A stretch of 64,000 bases of DNA from Schizochytrium sp. TIO01 (GCA_004764695.1 SMSO01000031.1:2208436-2272435), one strand, 5' to 3'. Positions 23,469 to 35,961 are shown, counted from the first letter of the stretch. Made by a program: numbers and translations. The notes: generated from the sequence alone by a model not told the origin.

Positions 23469-24705
23469 CGTGCCCAACAAACACAACCTTCGTCCAAGGC
23501 GCCGCTGCTGGTTTGCTTCGAGCTCCTGTACTCGCTGCTTCGTCGGCGCCGAGGCACTGTCCCTTATGATATAGCAACTCCTCGGGTAATGATTTGCCAA
23601 AATTATCCACCCAAGAAAACTATGTTTAACCCATTCTCAGGTCTTACATAACTACTTGGAGATCTTCTCCAGAGACTGCCCTGAGATCGCAAGTGAGGAT
23701 ACTTTATTTGTGTGTGGCGTAGATCTTATGAAAAGTTTGTCAAAGGGGTAATTGGAGCTGCTTTTACGCAACGATCTGTGTGATATGAATGGTTTTAATT
23801 AAGGAGGGATCGTTTTGGACAGTGTTCGGTATGATTACGAACCGGGAAGAAGCCCAATTGAGGGATCCTAGCTAGGGATTTCGGAAACATTTCGCGCTTG
23901 CCGTGCTCCGGTTAGAGATATGCTTGCTTGTGCGAGACCATTTCGTTGTAGATAAGAGCACTCGCATCGCGACAGCGGTAGCGCCAACAATGCCAATTGA
24001 GGCGGAAAGGCCAGGAGTTAACACGCAGCAATTGAGATGACGGACATAAGATCTGTGAACCGGAGCCAAGCTTGAACAATACAAAACTTACATCAGGGTC
24101 AGGGTTTAGGCTTGCACTATATCTTCCCTCAAATGCAGGCAAGGGCCTGCGTTGGGGAAAGCAACACGCTACCCTCGCTCATCCCGCGGCTTCAGTCACT
24201 GACGATTGACTCAGTCTGAGATCACTTCATCTCTGTTTTACGATAGAACCAGATTTCCCAGCTTTAAGGAGGGAGGGTCTTAGATGGAATGGTAGCACTG
24301 ACTAGGGATTGCAAACAAACTTAGTCTCTGGGCCAAGCCAACCCCACGCGTACATCGTTCCGGCCTCCGTGGTGGTAAGCAACATTCGCAATTCTCTCAA
24401 AACTAAAACCGAGGGCTGCGCGATCAAAGGGCGAGGCTGAGGCAAAGGGTCCAAGTGGCCAGGAACTTGCTCTGGGGCAGCATCCTTTTGAGGTTTCCTG
24501 TGGCAGGATTGCAATCTGAAGATCGACAGAGCAAGTAGTATATACAAGCGCTGTTAAGTTTGGCTTAGCATTAGGAGGTGGCAGAACAATCATTGCAAAC
24601 TCGAAAGCAGCAAACAGTAAGGTCTGGAGCTTACAGAGTGCAGGCGGTGAGATTATATAGAGACTTTCTTAGTTAACAAGGCTTCAAAGTTTCGCGAAGT
24701 ACAAA

Positions 24706-25656
24706 ATGGTTAAGGAGTTTCGTTCTGCAAATGGAGCGCAGACTGCATGGTTTGGTCGCCAGGTCGGCGCTGAAAACTCAATGAAGCGAGGAGCTTTGAT
24801 GGTCTTTACGCACGCAAATGGGTTTTGCAAGGAATTGTGGTTTCCAGTATGGGACCTTATTCTAGAGAAGGCTGACACAAACCACGCCCCATTAGATTTC
24901 TTATGCCTAGATTTGCCTGGCCATGGCGACTCAGCTCCTTTTGACTTTCCTCTTGATCTGAATGAGTTTGGCCGCAGCGTCTTGAGGGCACTAGAGGAAT
25001 TTCGCGCAGTCACCAAAGCAAGCTATGACCAAATCCTGGCTGTTGGCCACTCAATCGGTGGCTCGGCTTCCATCATTGCACAAGTTTTGCAGCCAACATT
25101 CCAGCGCATGCTTCTCATGGAGCCTATCATGCAGGATCGAGATGAGGATGGAAAATTTGTGAACCGTGCTAAGAGCATGATTGCGAGCAGTACTCTGAAG
25201 CGTCGTGCTGTTTTTACGAGTCGTAAAGCAGCCTTGGAAAATTGGCGAGGCAAAGGTGCGTACAAGAATTGGCCACTTTCCTCGTTGGAAATATTCGTCA
25301 AGCACGCATTACGCGACGAGGCTGATGGTACGGTTCGACTGAAATGCGATCCTAAGTCTGAATGTGAATCATACACAATTCCTATCTCAGTTCTCGATAT
25401 TCTTGGGCGCGTGAGCTGCCCTGTGCGAGTCTTGGTAGGCTCTGAGAGCACACACATGCCCGTGAACCTTGTGAAAAAATTTCATCCAGAGTACCGCTAT
25501 CCGAGCGGTTACGAAATCATTCCTGGTGGTGATCATTTTGTTCCCATGGTGAACCCCGACCTTATGGCGGATCGCATTGTAAGAGAGTTCTCTTTGCCAC
25601 GTGCGGTTGAAGTTTATAAGGAAACAGAGTCAGATGGTCCTGTTTCCAAGTTGTAA
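24706..25656 (+). CDS. Alpha/beta hydrolase (Abhydrolase_6-like) with PTS1, predicted peroxisomal
   Basis: HANGF oxyanion motif, DLPGHGDS, nucleophile GHSIGG, GGDHFVPM catalytic His, C-terminal -SKL. Confidence 0.92.
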   Translation: MVKEFRSANGAQTAWFGRQVGAENSMKRGALMVFTHANGFCKELWFPVWDLILEKADTNHAPLDFLCLDLPGHGDSAPFDFPLDLNEFGRSVLRALEEFRAVTKASYDQILAVGHSIGGSASIIAQVLQPTFQRMLLMEPIMQDRDEDGKFVNRAKSMIASSTLKRRAVFTSRKAALENWRGKGAYKNWPLSSLEIFVKHALRDEADGTVRLKCDPKSECESYTIPISVLDILGRVSCPVRVLVGSESTHMPVNLVKKFHPEYRYPSGYEIIPGGDHFVPMVNPDLMADRIVREFSLPRAVEVYKETESDGPVSKL

Positions 25657-25998
25657 GCTGTGCGCAACATATTCCTACCACGTCAAATTTAATCAACCAT
25701 TAATACTCTTTTCCTTACTCTTTTGACTTTAATTTTATCTTTAGTTCTTTCACAGATAGTTAACCGACTCTCTCGCTCTATCCAAAACTGACATTGCCAT
25801 TAAACTGCACCGGTTCGCCAAGACACATGTATTTTCTCCGTTCACAACCAAGATGCGCTTATGATGGCCAAGTTGAAACAACCAAAGGAATAGTATAGAA
25901 GCAGAGTCGAAAGAAAAGGAAGGGGATATAAGATCTAAGTTTGCATGTTCTGTCATAATAGCTGAAGAAATTCCTTTTACACTGTCACATCTCTGAGT

Positions 25999-27507
25999 TT
26001 ATCGCGATGCGTACCTAGAGGCGAATGAAGAAACGTCGGATTTTACCTTGCTACTAAGCTCCGAGAAGAAATCAGCAGCGTTAGAAAAGTCTACACCACC
26101 AGTAGAACCCGAAACGGTGCGCGCACGGCTGGGCTCAGCCTCACGGCCAAAATAAGCGTCAGACGAGATTGAACTTGCGCCAGAGAACTTGCTGAGTTGC
26201 TGTTCACGCTGACGACGCTCTTCAAGGGATTCGTCAGTATCGCGAAAGAACTCTGAGGAGGAAATACCCTTGGAGTTCTTGAAACGTCCAAGAGTATCCT
26301 TAACACGGTCCGTGTCGGCCCCATTGCTGGCACCACCAGTGATGCTGAAACCACGAGAGGCGCTGCTTCCGCTTCCGCTATTGAGCTCTGAGCTTGCTTT
26401 TGGTGGCGAAAGTGCCTTTGCGCTTGAATATCTGGACTCAGGTTCTTCAGGAGCCTTGATGGGCGGTGCCAGAGGCTTTACAGGCTCCTTCAGCAACTCG
26501 CTGAGATCTTCACTAGCAGCAGCCCCTCCTGCACGAACACGTTGTGCTCCAAGGCCAGGTTTCTTCTTTCTGGTGGTGGTCACGCGCCTCTTAGTCAATG
26601 CTGCCGCTTTCTTGTGTAACGCTGACGGATCGCTGGCGTCATCTGTTGGGCCCCCGAGCTTGAGGCCAGCCATATCCTTCGGCTCAAGTTTAGGAGCAGG
26701 TGCCGTAGGAGGTGCGGCAGAAGAAGCATTACTGACCTCTTCGTCTTCCACGTCGTCTTCATTGTCAGGATCTGGGGTGACATCATTCAGGTCATCTCCA
26801 CTGGTCTGCGACTCGATCTTTGGGGTGGGGCCCCGAGCCATCGGAGCTGTAAACCCAGAAGTTGCTAAAGGCGAGCTGCTGTTTTCCGGGGTTCGGGCGC
26901 GCTGTGGGGGTGCCAAACCAGCTTTGTTTCCCGTTGGCGGGACTGCAGTGTTAACGGCAGCAGCGGAGACAAGAGAAGCTGGGGACGGGGTGTTACCACG
27001 AGAAGGCGGGGGGGTGTTTTCACGAATAAGGTCATCCAGACCCTTATCGCCGCCAAGCTGAGCCGCAGTCAGCTTTTTTTGTGCCTTGGCCTCACCAGAG
27101 TGCAAGAGGTCATCGAGATTTGCGGCCTCCACCTCCTTATAAAGAAGTTTGTGGTATTTCTTTGCCGTCGAGGAGTGGTACTTCTCCTCGAAGTCCTGAG
27201 AGCCAGAGGTACGCCATCCGTGCTGCTTAAAGAACTCCTTTGCACGGCGGTTGCCACCGAGGAACATCGCCTTGAGGTGCTCAGGTTTCCAGGTATCCAT
27301 TTCTGCGCTTCGAACATAAGATACATGGGTACCGAGCGAGCGGTGACGCCCCGAACAATCCAGGCAGATGAAGACTCCGTAGGTGGCACTGCACCAGCGA
27401 GGGTTCTTACTGGGACAGTCAAAACATTGCTTGTTTTCAGGTTTTGTCCGCAACCTCAAGAGCTGTTCCTTGCAGGTCTTGGCATCAACATATCCTGCCA
27501 AACTCAT
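25999..27507 (-). CDS. ADP-ribosylation factor GTPase-activating protein, Glo3/ARFGAP2/3 type
   Basis: CFDC-x16-CLDC..RHRSLGTHVSYVRS ArfGAP zinc finger, a KKKPGLGAQRV motif and two Glo3 repeats (KGISSSEFF, SSISSDAYFG). Confidence 0.96.
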   Translation of the reverse strand: MSLAGYVDAKTCKEQLLRLRTKPENKQCFDCPSKNPRWCSATYGVFICLDCSGRHRSLGTHVSYVRSAEMDTWKPEHLKAMFLGGNRRAKEFFKQHGWRTSGSQDFEEKYHSSTAKKYHKLLYKEVEAANLDDLLHSGEAKAQKKLTAAQLGGDKGLDDLIRENTPPPSRGNTPSPASLVSAAAVNTAVPPTGNKAGLAPPQRARTPENSSSPLATSGFTAPMARGPTPKIESQTSGDDLNDVTPDPDNEDDVEDEEVSNASSAAPPTAPAPKLEPKDMAGLKLGGPTDDASDPSALHKKAAALTKRRVTTTRKKKPGLGAQRVRAGGAAASEDLSELLKEPVKPLAPPIKAPEEPESRYSSAKALSPPKASSELNSGSGSSASRGFSITGGASNGADTDRVKDTLGRFKNSKGISSSEFFRDTDESLEERRQREQQLSKFSGASSISSDAYFGREAEPSRARTVSGSTGGVDFSNAADFFSELSSKVKSDVSSFASRYASR

Positions 27508-28670
27508 GATAGCAAGTTTCTACTGAATCCCGCAACCAGAATTGAAATATCTCTCTCAGACTTCGTAAGCTGGTATTGATGAAGCTTTAAAGCGATCAAT
27601 CAAGATCAAACAGGAGATCTTCCTGTCACACGTATCCCCGAAAATCAAGCTCGTCCGTCAGCTGATCCTTCGGAGAAGAAACTTGCGACGGCGAGAGAAT
27701 TAGGGTCTTTTGAAAGAAAACCTCGCGAGATCGCCAGCACGATACACAACACCAAGAGACCTCCGCTGCCTTGAGATCTCTCGCGTACGCACGCAAGGGG
27801 GCGATCCAGGCTAGCGGCAGGGGGAGCTCGAGCGGTTGACAAGCTCTGGACCGAGCCTCTCTTTTAGTAGTTTGCTTGTTTCTACCTTTGTTCCTTTTCA
27901 CAATGGATTCAAAAGAAATCAATCCCTTTAGTGAATAGCCGGTGTTGCAGGGCGGTCTATTCCTGTTAGACCACTTTAAGGGTCATGATGCGGGATAGTA
28001 TTGTGACATTTGCGGGGAATTGTCATAATAATATCGAGTACCACTTACCTACCATGAAAGTCAATTGGACAGAGGTCCGCGCCGTTGAAGGTTCTCATGA
28101 ATCATAAATCATGAGGGACGCGACTTGCTCGGAGTTGTTTGGAAAGCGACCAAATATTTGTGAATTGGAAAGCGAAAGTGTGTCAGGATGAGAAGGGAAT
28201 AGGATCCTGTTTGGAAAAAGCTTTTGGAGAGTGGTGGTCTAATTTTTATTTGGAGAGGGGGGGGGGGGTAAATTTATAATCTGGTGAGGTGGAACTGCTC
28301 GTAAGAGAGACTTTGTGTGGGGATAGCGAGACGTTCGTGGAAAGCAACAAGCACGTGCGTGTAGAGGTGTTGAGGAGTTTGGGGCTTGTTGGAGGTCAGT
28401 GAGATTTTTCTGATCAATACGTTAGGGGCTATTGTGCTCTTGCTTATGCATTGATTCATTTTCTGCAACGATTGAAGAGTCGAGTGCCGGGAATAAGTCA
28501 GGAGAACATAAGATCATATTTCTTTAGAGGTCAGCGGTATTGTGCTAATTGATTTCAAGATCCTCTCGATAAATTCTGAGAAGAGCTTTGAGATACACAG
28601 ATTCCCTTTGTGGAGGTCAGTTAAACAGCGGGTAGGCCTGTTTAGCAACGTTTTAGTCAACGTTTTAATA

Positions 28671-29267
28671 TTAAAGCTCCGTTTTTTCATTCGTTGGAGA
28701 CATTGCTGCCTTCCGCTTTCGACGCCTTCTGCGACTTTTGACAGGCTGGCTTTGTTGCCTTGGATCCGAGGACAGTGACGCAACGTCCGAATCACTTCCA
28801 TCTGCAATACCTCTGTGGACGCCATCTTGCCACAGAACGTGCTCCACCTCAGGCTGTGATTGTGCGAGATTGTAAATTCCTTCCGCAAACCATCCTTTTT
28901 GCAAAGTGACCACGAGCTTTGAAGGTTCGAGCTTGAAGACTGAAACGTCAACGCCGCCAGTTTTGGCTAAAATCTTGAGCCTCTCTCCAAAATCCCTTGT
29001 GTCTTGCTCATTAGTTTCTGCCTTCAGTTGCACGAACATCATCGTGGCACCTAGCTCTCCAGCGTTTTCCTTCTTCTCAATCTCTTCGTACAGAGCTCTC
29101 TCGTGTGACTCCAGTTCTGCAGCATCGTCGCCAGACTCGAGCTCTTTCTCCAAGCGCTCCCAGTCTTTGTCAGTCAGATCTTGCCAACGCTTACCTTTCG
29201 GTAGGGCTCCAAGAGTGTGAATCGCGAGCAAAAGGGCGAGGAGAGTACTCAAACATAGACCCCTCAT
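28671..29267 (-). CDS. MESD/boca-like ER chaperone
   Basis: Signal peptide; DLTDKDWERLEKELE..DD helix; MMFVQLK...VSVFKLEPSKLVVTLQKG...SQPEVEHV ferredoxin-like core typical of Mesd; ER-retention-like KTEL terminus. Confidence 0.8.
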   Translation of the reverse strand: MRGLCLSTLLALLLAIHTLGALPKGKRWQDLTDKDWERLEKELESGDDAAELESHERALYEEIEKKENAGELGATMMFVQLKAETNEQDTRDFGERLKILAKTGGVDVSVFKLEPSKLVVTLQKGWFAEGIYNLAQSQPEVEHVLWQDGVHRGIADGSDSDVASLSSDPRQQSQPVKSRRRRRKRKAAMSPTNEKTEL

Positions 29268-29959
29268 TGTCCCAGCTCCTCGCAGAAGTGCTTCACACGT
29301 CGCGAGGACAACTGATCGATTGGGTTGTGGTTTTAGGTTAATATCGATAAAAAGAAAAAATGAAACATGCTTTGAAAAAAATTAAAAATTAAAAAATATT
29401 AAGAAGGATTAAGTCGTAATGAAAATATAAAAGTATACTGACAGTATACTGTCCATTTCAAACACTTCAAATAACAGTTATAACTGTTGTTGGACTTGCG
29501 AGGCAAATCTGATGGAAGTTTAAAGTTTTGGCGATGAGTTTAGAAATAACTAAGTGATAATTTTTACTTGTCAGAAACCTCCTCGTATCAATTTCTTTTC
29601 GATATTTTCAAATGCCACCCTCTGGCAGTAAATTTGGTCTGACAGACTGTGCCTCTAAGGGGTAACGTTAGGCTTCAAATGTTTTGGATTATCGACCTAT
29701 GGAATTGCTATAACAAAGAAAGGGTAAAAATCACACTATTGTAGTTTCATGTAAAGCCTCATTTTGAGAAACTGCAACCTAGACAAAACATCATAAAGGT
29801 GGTAAGGCCTAGGAGTACATATATCGACAGGGTGCTTATTGACATATACGGCGACGTAGAATAAGAGGAATCGGAATGCTATTATCACAGAAAAGTGATT
29901 CATATAAACAAGCGACAAATGGCAAAGAAGTCTTATTATGACCTGCAGTCATAAACTTT

Positions 29960-31381
29960 TTATGCAAAATTTCGTGAGATGCGAATGTGCACCCTGAATG
30001 CGCGAGCTCGTTCACGTAGAATCTGTTCCATTGTTTGTTGATTACTGAGAGGTCGCTGCTGCTGCTGCGTTTGCTGATCCTTGCCATCACGGGAGCCATT
30101 CTTGCGCGAGCTAATGCTTCCGCTGCTTAGGCGACGGATCCAATCGAAGCGTGAGCTTGAGCGTCCCTTGAACGCACCAGCACTATGGGTAGCGTCAGTG
30201 GCATCTTCATCACGCGCTGATGCGTCTTGATTATAGTCAAGCTCATCCTCTTCGCCTTCTTGACCACAATTCTTACTTCGACGATGGAGAGGGTTGTTAC
30301 TTATTACTCTTACACGAGGTAGAGGATGATCAAATGATCTCTGCGAAGCACTCTTTAGTGACCTTGACGAAAATGATGCACTCGAATAAACCGATACCTC
30401 ATCTTCATATTGGTGCTTTGATGGCACACGCTTGAAGGGCAGGATATCGATTGTGCTCATGCGTGAGCGAATTGATGATGCCAAGCTGAGTTGGTCAGAG
30501 CTTTTGTGCGACTTCAGGCTTCGAGAGGAGTCAGACAATGATGACGATGAAAATGCATGACCTTCTTTCGAAAATGACTTGCTCCGCCTCGAGGCTCGGC
30601 TTCGATGAGAGGATGACTTGCTCTGAGAACGTCCTTGTGAACTGTGTTTCATAGACTTTGCACGGCGCGAGCTTCTTCGAGGAGGGATCTCGGGTGCTGG
30701 ACCATCTTGCACCGTTTTCCTACGTGTGGACCTCCTACGCGGAGGGGCTTGTGGAACTTTCTCGTGACTATATAATTCTTCATCATCATCATTGAAATGG
30801 TTCTCTGAATCCTGATGTCCGTTGCGATCCTCCATTATGTCATCAAAGTCCATGTTGCGGCGCGTGCTTCCCGCCCATGAATTATGTGATAGAGTTCTAG
30901 TTGTCCGAACGGACTGTCTCATATTAAATATTGATCTAACAGAGTAGCGGGTGCTAGGCTGGCGACTTCCTGGATCAGACGCTACTTCTAGCGTCTGGTG
31001 ATCCTTCAGCAGCGACGGTGCGCTTGCCCACGGTCTGAATGCAAAATTTCTGAACCTCTCCAGAGGATCATCATCCGGTTCACTCACCTCATCAAATCGA
31101 CTCTGCCCGGATTGCCGGCTATCAAATTCCCCGCTAAAGGCATCTCTTTTCTGTCTGAAAGGACCAAACACATCCGTAAACTTGGTCTGCACAGGTGGCG
31201 TTTTCCACGAAGCCTCTCTAACCGAGTCCGCCATGGTGCGATCAGCTTTGCGGTCACCTACAAAGCCATCTTCCGAAGGACCATCCTCATCTTCGTGGCA
31301 TTTTGTGGGCCGCTTGCCCCTCGCCCGAAGCTTCTTCAGTCTCCTCAACATCTTAGAGACGGCCTTCTCCAGACCCTGCAC
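29960..31381 (-). CDS. Hypothetical Ser/Arg-rich intrinsically disordered protein
   Basis: 473-aa ATG-initiated ORF with no recognisable domain; contains two PxxPxR motifs (PQAPPRR, PEIPPRR). Confidence 0.7.
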   Translation of the reverse strand: MQGLEKAVSKMLRRLKKLRARGKRPTKCHEDEDGPSEDGFVGDRKADRTMADSVREASWKTPPVQTKFTDVFGPFRQKRDAFSGEFDSRQSGQSRFDEVSEPDDDPLERFRNFAFRPWASAPSLLKDHQTLEVASDPGSRQPSTRYSVRSIFNMRQSVRTTRTLSHNSWAGSTRRNMDFDDIMEDRNGHQDSENHFNDDDEELYSHEKVPQAPPRRRSTRRKTVQDGPAPEIPPRRSSRRAKSMKHSSQGRSQSKSSSHRSRASRRSKSFSKEGHAFSSSSLSDSSRSLKSHKSSDQLSLASSIRSRMSTIDILPFKRVPSKHQYEDEVSVYSSASFSSRSLKSASQRSFDHPLPRVRVISNNPLHRRSKNCGQEGEEDELDYNQDASARDEDATDATHSAGAFKGRSSSRFDWIRRLSSGSISSRKNGSRDGKDQQTQQQQRPLSNQQTMEQILRERARAFRVHIRISRNFA

Positions 31382-31747
31382 TCTCCGAGCTTCTATTCAA
31401 GTTTTGCTCTCCAAAGTAACCACAACTGTTAATATGAAATAAGCGCCACTCTTGGGAAGTGAGCGCCGTCCACAATTACGTGTGCCTAGCTAGTTCTGAT
31501 GTGCATGCCTACCTAGTACCAAGGTACCATCAACAAGCTTAATCTCCAACTTAATTCATCCCCATTCCTACACTCCTGCAAAGAAAACCTTCCCACTCAC
31601 TTCGCACAGGTGAGCTCCCTCGCTCGCAGCGCGTGCACGATATTAGGTCGCAAGAGACGGCTCGACTTCTCGCGCTTCGAACTTGGGGTTTCTCAGTTTT
31701 AATTAGTAGATCAAACAAACCCTTCACTTCCCTCGCCTACTTGATTG

Positions 31748-31782
31748 GTTGATGATTGATGATTGATGATTGATGATTGATT
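31748..31782. repeat. (TTGATGA)n heptamer repeat
   Basis: Visible directly. Confidence 0.85.
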
Positions 31783-34700
31783 AATTCATGAGTCAGCTGG
31801 CAGAGTGACAGTTTGCAAGCCCGAGGAGGCGTAGGTCGTACCTACAAGCTTATTCTTGACGGCATTGCCGTCGTCGTCACCTTTGGACAGCGTGGGGCCA
31901 GAGAAGGGCCGAGAAGTGGAAGGTAAAACTAGCTAGACTAGCAGGGGCTTCGTTTCTTCAAGTTTCGTGTGTAATGCCCAGGTGCCTGCCTGCCTATCTA
32001 ATGCTTCTACCGTGACATCGCTGACGAGTCGGTGAGGAACGAGCAACCTGGATATCCAGCCCAGGTAGGCAGGCACCTCTAAATACCCTGCGTTGGCTTT
32101 AGTTCAAGTTTATTGTGATCATGATGGGCTCATACAATACACACTATTTCTGCAATCGAGTTCAATTTCTCATACGAACGGCAGAGATTAAAGAGAATCA
32201 AAACCACCTTAATAGATAGGCGCTAAGCAGGCGCTCACGGGACCGGGACTTCTGGAGCTCGTCTCAGAGGGACGAGTGAGATATGTCAGAGTGCCAGAGT
32301 GTGGCGTGCGCTTATTTGCAAGGTAGCAGGGGTTACCACAGTCCTACTGCAGCAACCACAACTAATACGTGCTAGTACTATGTAGGCAGAAGCTACCTTT
32401 AGACAGTTGAAGGAGGGATCTTGATGAAGATGACGTCTAGTACTACAACGAAGTTGATGTTCACGCACGAAGAACTGGCCACGGGACAATGGGGTAAAGA
32501 TTGGCCGTGATAGAAGGGAATGAATGCTGTAGAGAGTAGCAGCGATAGCTTCTTGTGCACTAAACGAAAGCTTTTATAACCAAATTCATCTGGGAATAAG
32601 AATGTAACTCGAAAAATCGCACATTACAGGTACGAAGTGGGCGTGCGCGCCTTTAAAAGAAGCATCTTAACGTCCAACGGCATATGCAAAGTCTAACGGC
32701 ATATCCCGTCAGCAGGACGCGGTAAGTACACGGGATGCTGGTCTTGGGTAGGTAAGATGTGTGTCACGAACGTGATGCAAAAAAAAAACTAGTTCTAGGG
32801 CATCATCAATTTGGCAAAAATATTCTTCTACTCCACTGTATTAAATACGTCAGATCTGGGTCCATTCTCATTCTTAGATGGGCCCTTTCCAAACCGGTCC
32901 CACTGATCCCTAGCCCCTTGGATCTTAAGTCCGCTATGTACTTCTATTCATGCATAATAGTACAACCTTTTTCACGGCAGGTACGAATGTGTCTAGATAA
33001 TGACAAGACTTCATCCCCCAATCGGGGATGAGTAATCTGTTCAACAGCGTAGCAATTAACAGAGGATACATATTTCGATAAAACAGGAATAGGATACCTT
33101 CATATCGTTCGGATAGTTAATTTTACTAATTCAAAAGACAAATGGGCGGATTTCATCTTCTCAGGATTTAAAGAGCATGCTGAAAAGGCGATCTCCAGAA
33201 AAATTGTTCATTAGTGTTGCTCGCGAACATGTTTCAGGACAGGATCTTGCGTCAGGACTGTCGTCAGCTCTTACATTTTCATATCTGATACAAAGGTGTG
33301 TTTCATAAGCTCTCAATCAAGAAGATGGGGGCATAGGGCATATCATATCTTTATGGAAAGTGGTGATTAATATATATAAGAAATGAAATGGGCACCAGCA
33401 TTAACAAGAGAAGCGAGTTTTAAAACCAAACTAAACTATATTACTTCACATGCACGGGATGTTATTTGTTGTCTGGTGGAGTCTCTACAGACGACCAAAC
33501 CTGAGAAGCAGTTTGCTTTTCAAGCTTAAAGATCAAGGTCTTCTATGTGCTGAGGTCTCAATTTTAATCTTCGCGCTATTTTTTGTGAGCGAAATGTTGC
33601 AAAAGATAAGAAAAAAGTTAGTTGGGCCAAAACAATTGGGTAAGATAGATGCACTAGCAAGTTATGCCAGCTATCATGGAACACTCAGTTTGGTCTCATC
33701 ATTGAAAGCTCAAAGAATGTAAATATATTCGCACGCTGTCCACTAATTTATATCGTTTCGTCCAAAACGTAAGTTGGCTGAATTTTTAGTTTTCCGAGGC
33801 ACCGGAGCCACCTGCTTCTTCTTAGCGCAACTTATAGTTCTTTGGGTATTTCCACAGTTTGGGAAAAGAAAACAGTTAGTTGTGTTTTCGTCTAATCAGG
33901 CTTCCTTTGAGAAATATTGAAATAAAATCATCTAGATTATTTTAGAGTGGTGGGGGCAAATACCTCTACAAGCATGGACTACCTAATTGCTTATTACTGT
34001 CACAGATAATAAGACAATGTGTCACAAAGATAAAGGACTAGCTGCCATCGCATAGTATCTACTTCTTATGATTTGATTTCGGCTTCGGATTCGTACAGCC
34101 GAGGGGCGTGCAAGTGAGGTGGTGGGGGCACTGGGGAGGGCTGAAATTGATACAGGATAAAAGATGATTGTTTCTCAGCCATTCAATTAAAAGGAACATG
34201 AATATTTTACAATTGAGGGAGGTTTTGTATTCGGTGCGAGCCGCACGGCCTCAGCGCTTTAGCGCTGACACACATACGCAGGCTACTATTGTAGATGAGC
34301 AGGAAGAAAAGTGGTCGGTCAGGCAAAGTGTTCATGTGTCCCTATTATGTTTTCTACTCTTTCCTTTTTGAAAATAGTAAGTGACATTATCTGGTCTAAC
34401 CAGGAGCATATTTTTTGAACTGGGAGCTTGTATTCTTAACATCACATTTGATGAAATCATTTGAGATCCCTCAACCGATTTTAAAATGTTGTCATCAGAA
34501 AGCTTTCAAAGAGAATAGCTAAGTCCTAACTAATTTTTAAAGTCAGGTTTCGTCTGAGGAAACAATGAGTAATTGACCTAAAATGTATCTTGCTTGGTTG
34601 CCTTGTAGAATGCAAAAAATCTACGTTAAAGGTCTGAGGACAAGGGCTAATTGATGGATGGTTGTCAGAATAAATTATGGTTCCAGAAGAAATACATCAG

Positions 34701-35961
34701 CTGTCATTTGTAGTCGTACTGCCTTCCCTATCGTGTACGTTTGCTTTTACCAACGGGCTCTTAGCTTCTCAATTTTGATACGATGAAGTGTCTTTCCCAG
34801 GCAGAGGGAGGTCATGACCCGTAACCCTGTTGAACTACAACAGCAAGTTGATGACGCATTTTCCCTTAGGTCAGCAGTATCAGCAAGAGAAGACGCAAGT
34901 TGCTTTAAAAAATGAAATATTTCTCACCAATGCTAAAACCACAACTAAAACTGCATGCGGGTTCAACTACTTGTGAGCGATTTGCATTTCTACCATCTGC
35001 TCTTGATATCAATCACTATCTGAATTTTATTACTTATAGAGGACACAGGATGATTGAGTTTCACTAGTAGGTCATAATTACGAGTTTTTTCAGAGAGGTT
35101 TGTAAGTTGAGTCGCCGCAAGCAACATAGGAGTCAATGCGTCGATTGTTTCATTTAGAAAAAAAGTCCTTATCATCCATGACGATTGGTCTGTAAAGGAA
35201 TTTATTGTCTTGAAAAGGGATCGCGTGGTCTTTTGCTTCCTGTAAGTAAGTGAGCGAGTTTTTCTTTTGTTAAATTTATAGAAGCACTTGTACCTTGTGA
35301 TGTCCAGCATATTTCTCAGCATCGCTCTGAACATAGTAGCACTGGCCGCGAAAAGCTAGCTAGGTACGGCAAGGCCTATTTGGAATTCCCATGCGCCTGT
35401 GTTTTCTAGAAATAATGTATTTAAATGCAACTCACCACTCAAGCTCCTGTATACTCTTATCAAACACTGATGAACTTTACAGTGGTATTCGTGCTGCGAA
35501 AAGGCAAATCGTGTGCCATGGCACTCATGAACATTGATCACTGGTGCTCCATGAGAACTGAGAACACCAGGCTCCAAGTAACTTCATGAGTGGATGGACT
35601 CACAGGTCTCAAACTAAAGCTTCCACTATCTCTTTTCTTCCGGTCCGGTTCGCCTTTTAATTTCCAGCACTCCAAACCTCGAAAAATTGTAAAACAAACT
35701 ACAATTAAGCACTCGCGCTGATTGCCTAGAAATCTTAAGCGTACTCTTTCGAAGTAACTAATAGTAATAGTCTCCTGCTGTTTGGGTTGTTCCCCTTCCC
35801 TAAACCATTCAAAAGAAGATTCACTAACTTCGCATAGTTGAAGTAGTCCAGCTCACGACGACTATTGCAATGTGTGGTATCTCCCCCCTCGCCACTTCTG
35901 TGGTGGCTCCGGTGGCTGATCAGTCTACAGCACACTGAACAGAAATTGAAATACCAACCCA

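Noticed and set aside
23137-23610. 157-aa minus-strand ORF
   Set aside because: Non-ATG start; it overlaps RPB9 exon 1 and the intron in another frame and has no domain features.
33011-33031. 8-bp hairpin TCATCCCC/GGGGATGA as a Helitron 3' end
   Set aside because: The nearby CTAG is not followed by the expected T, and there is no other element evidence.
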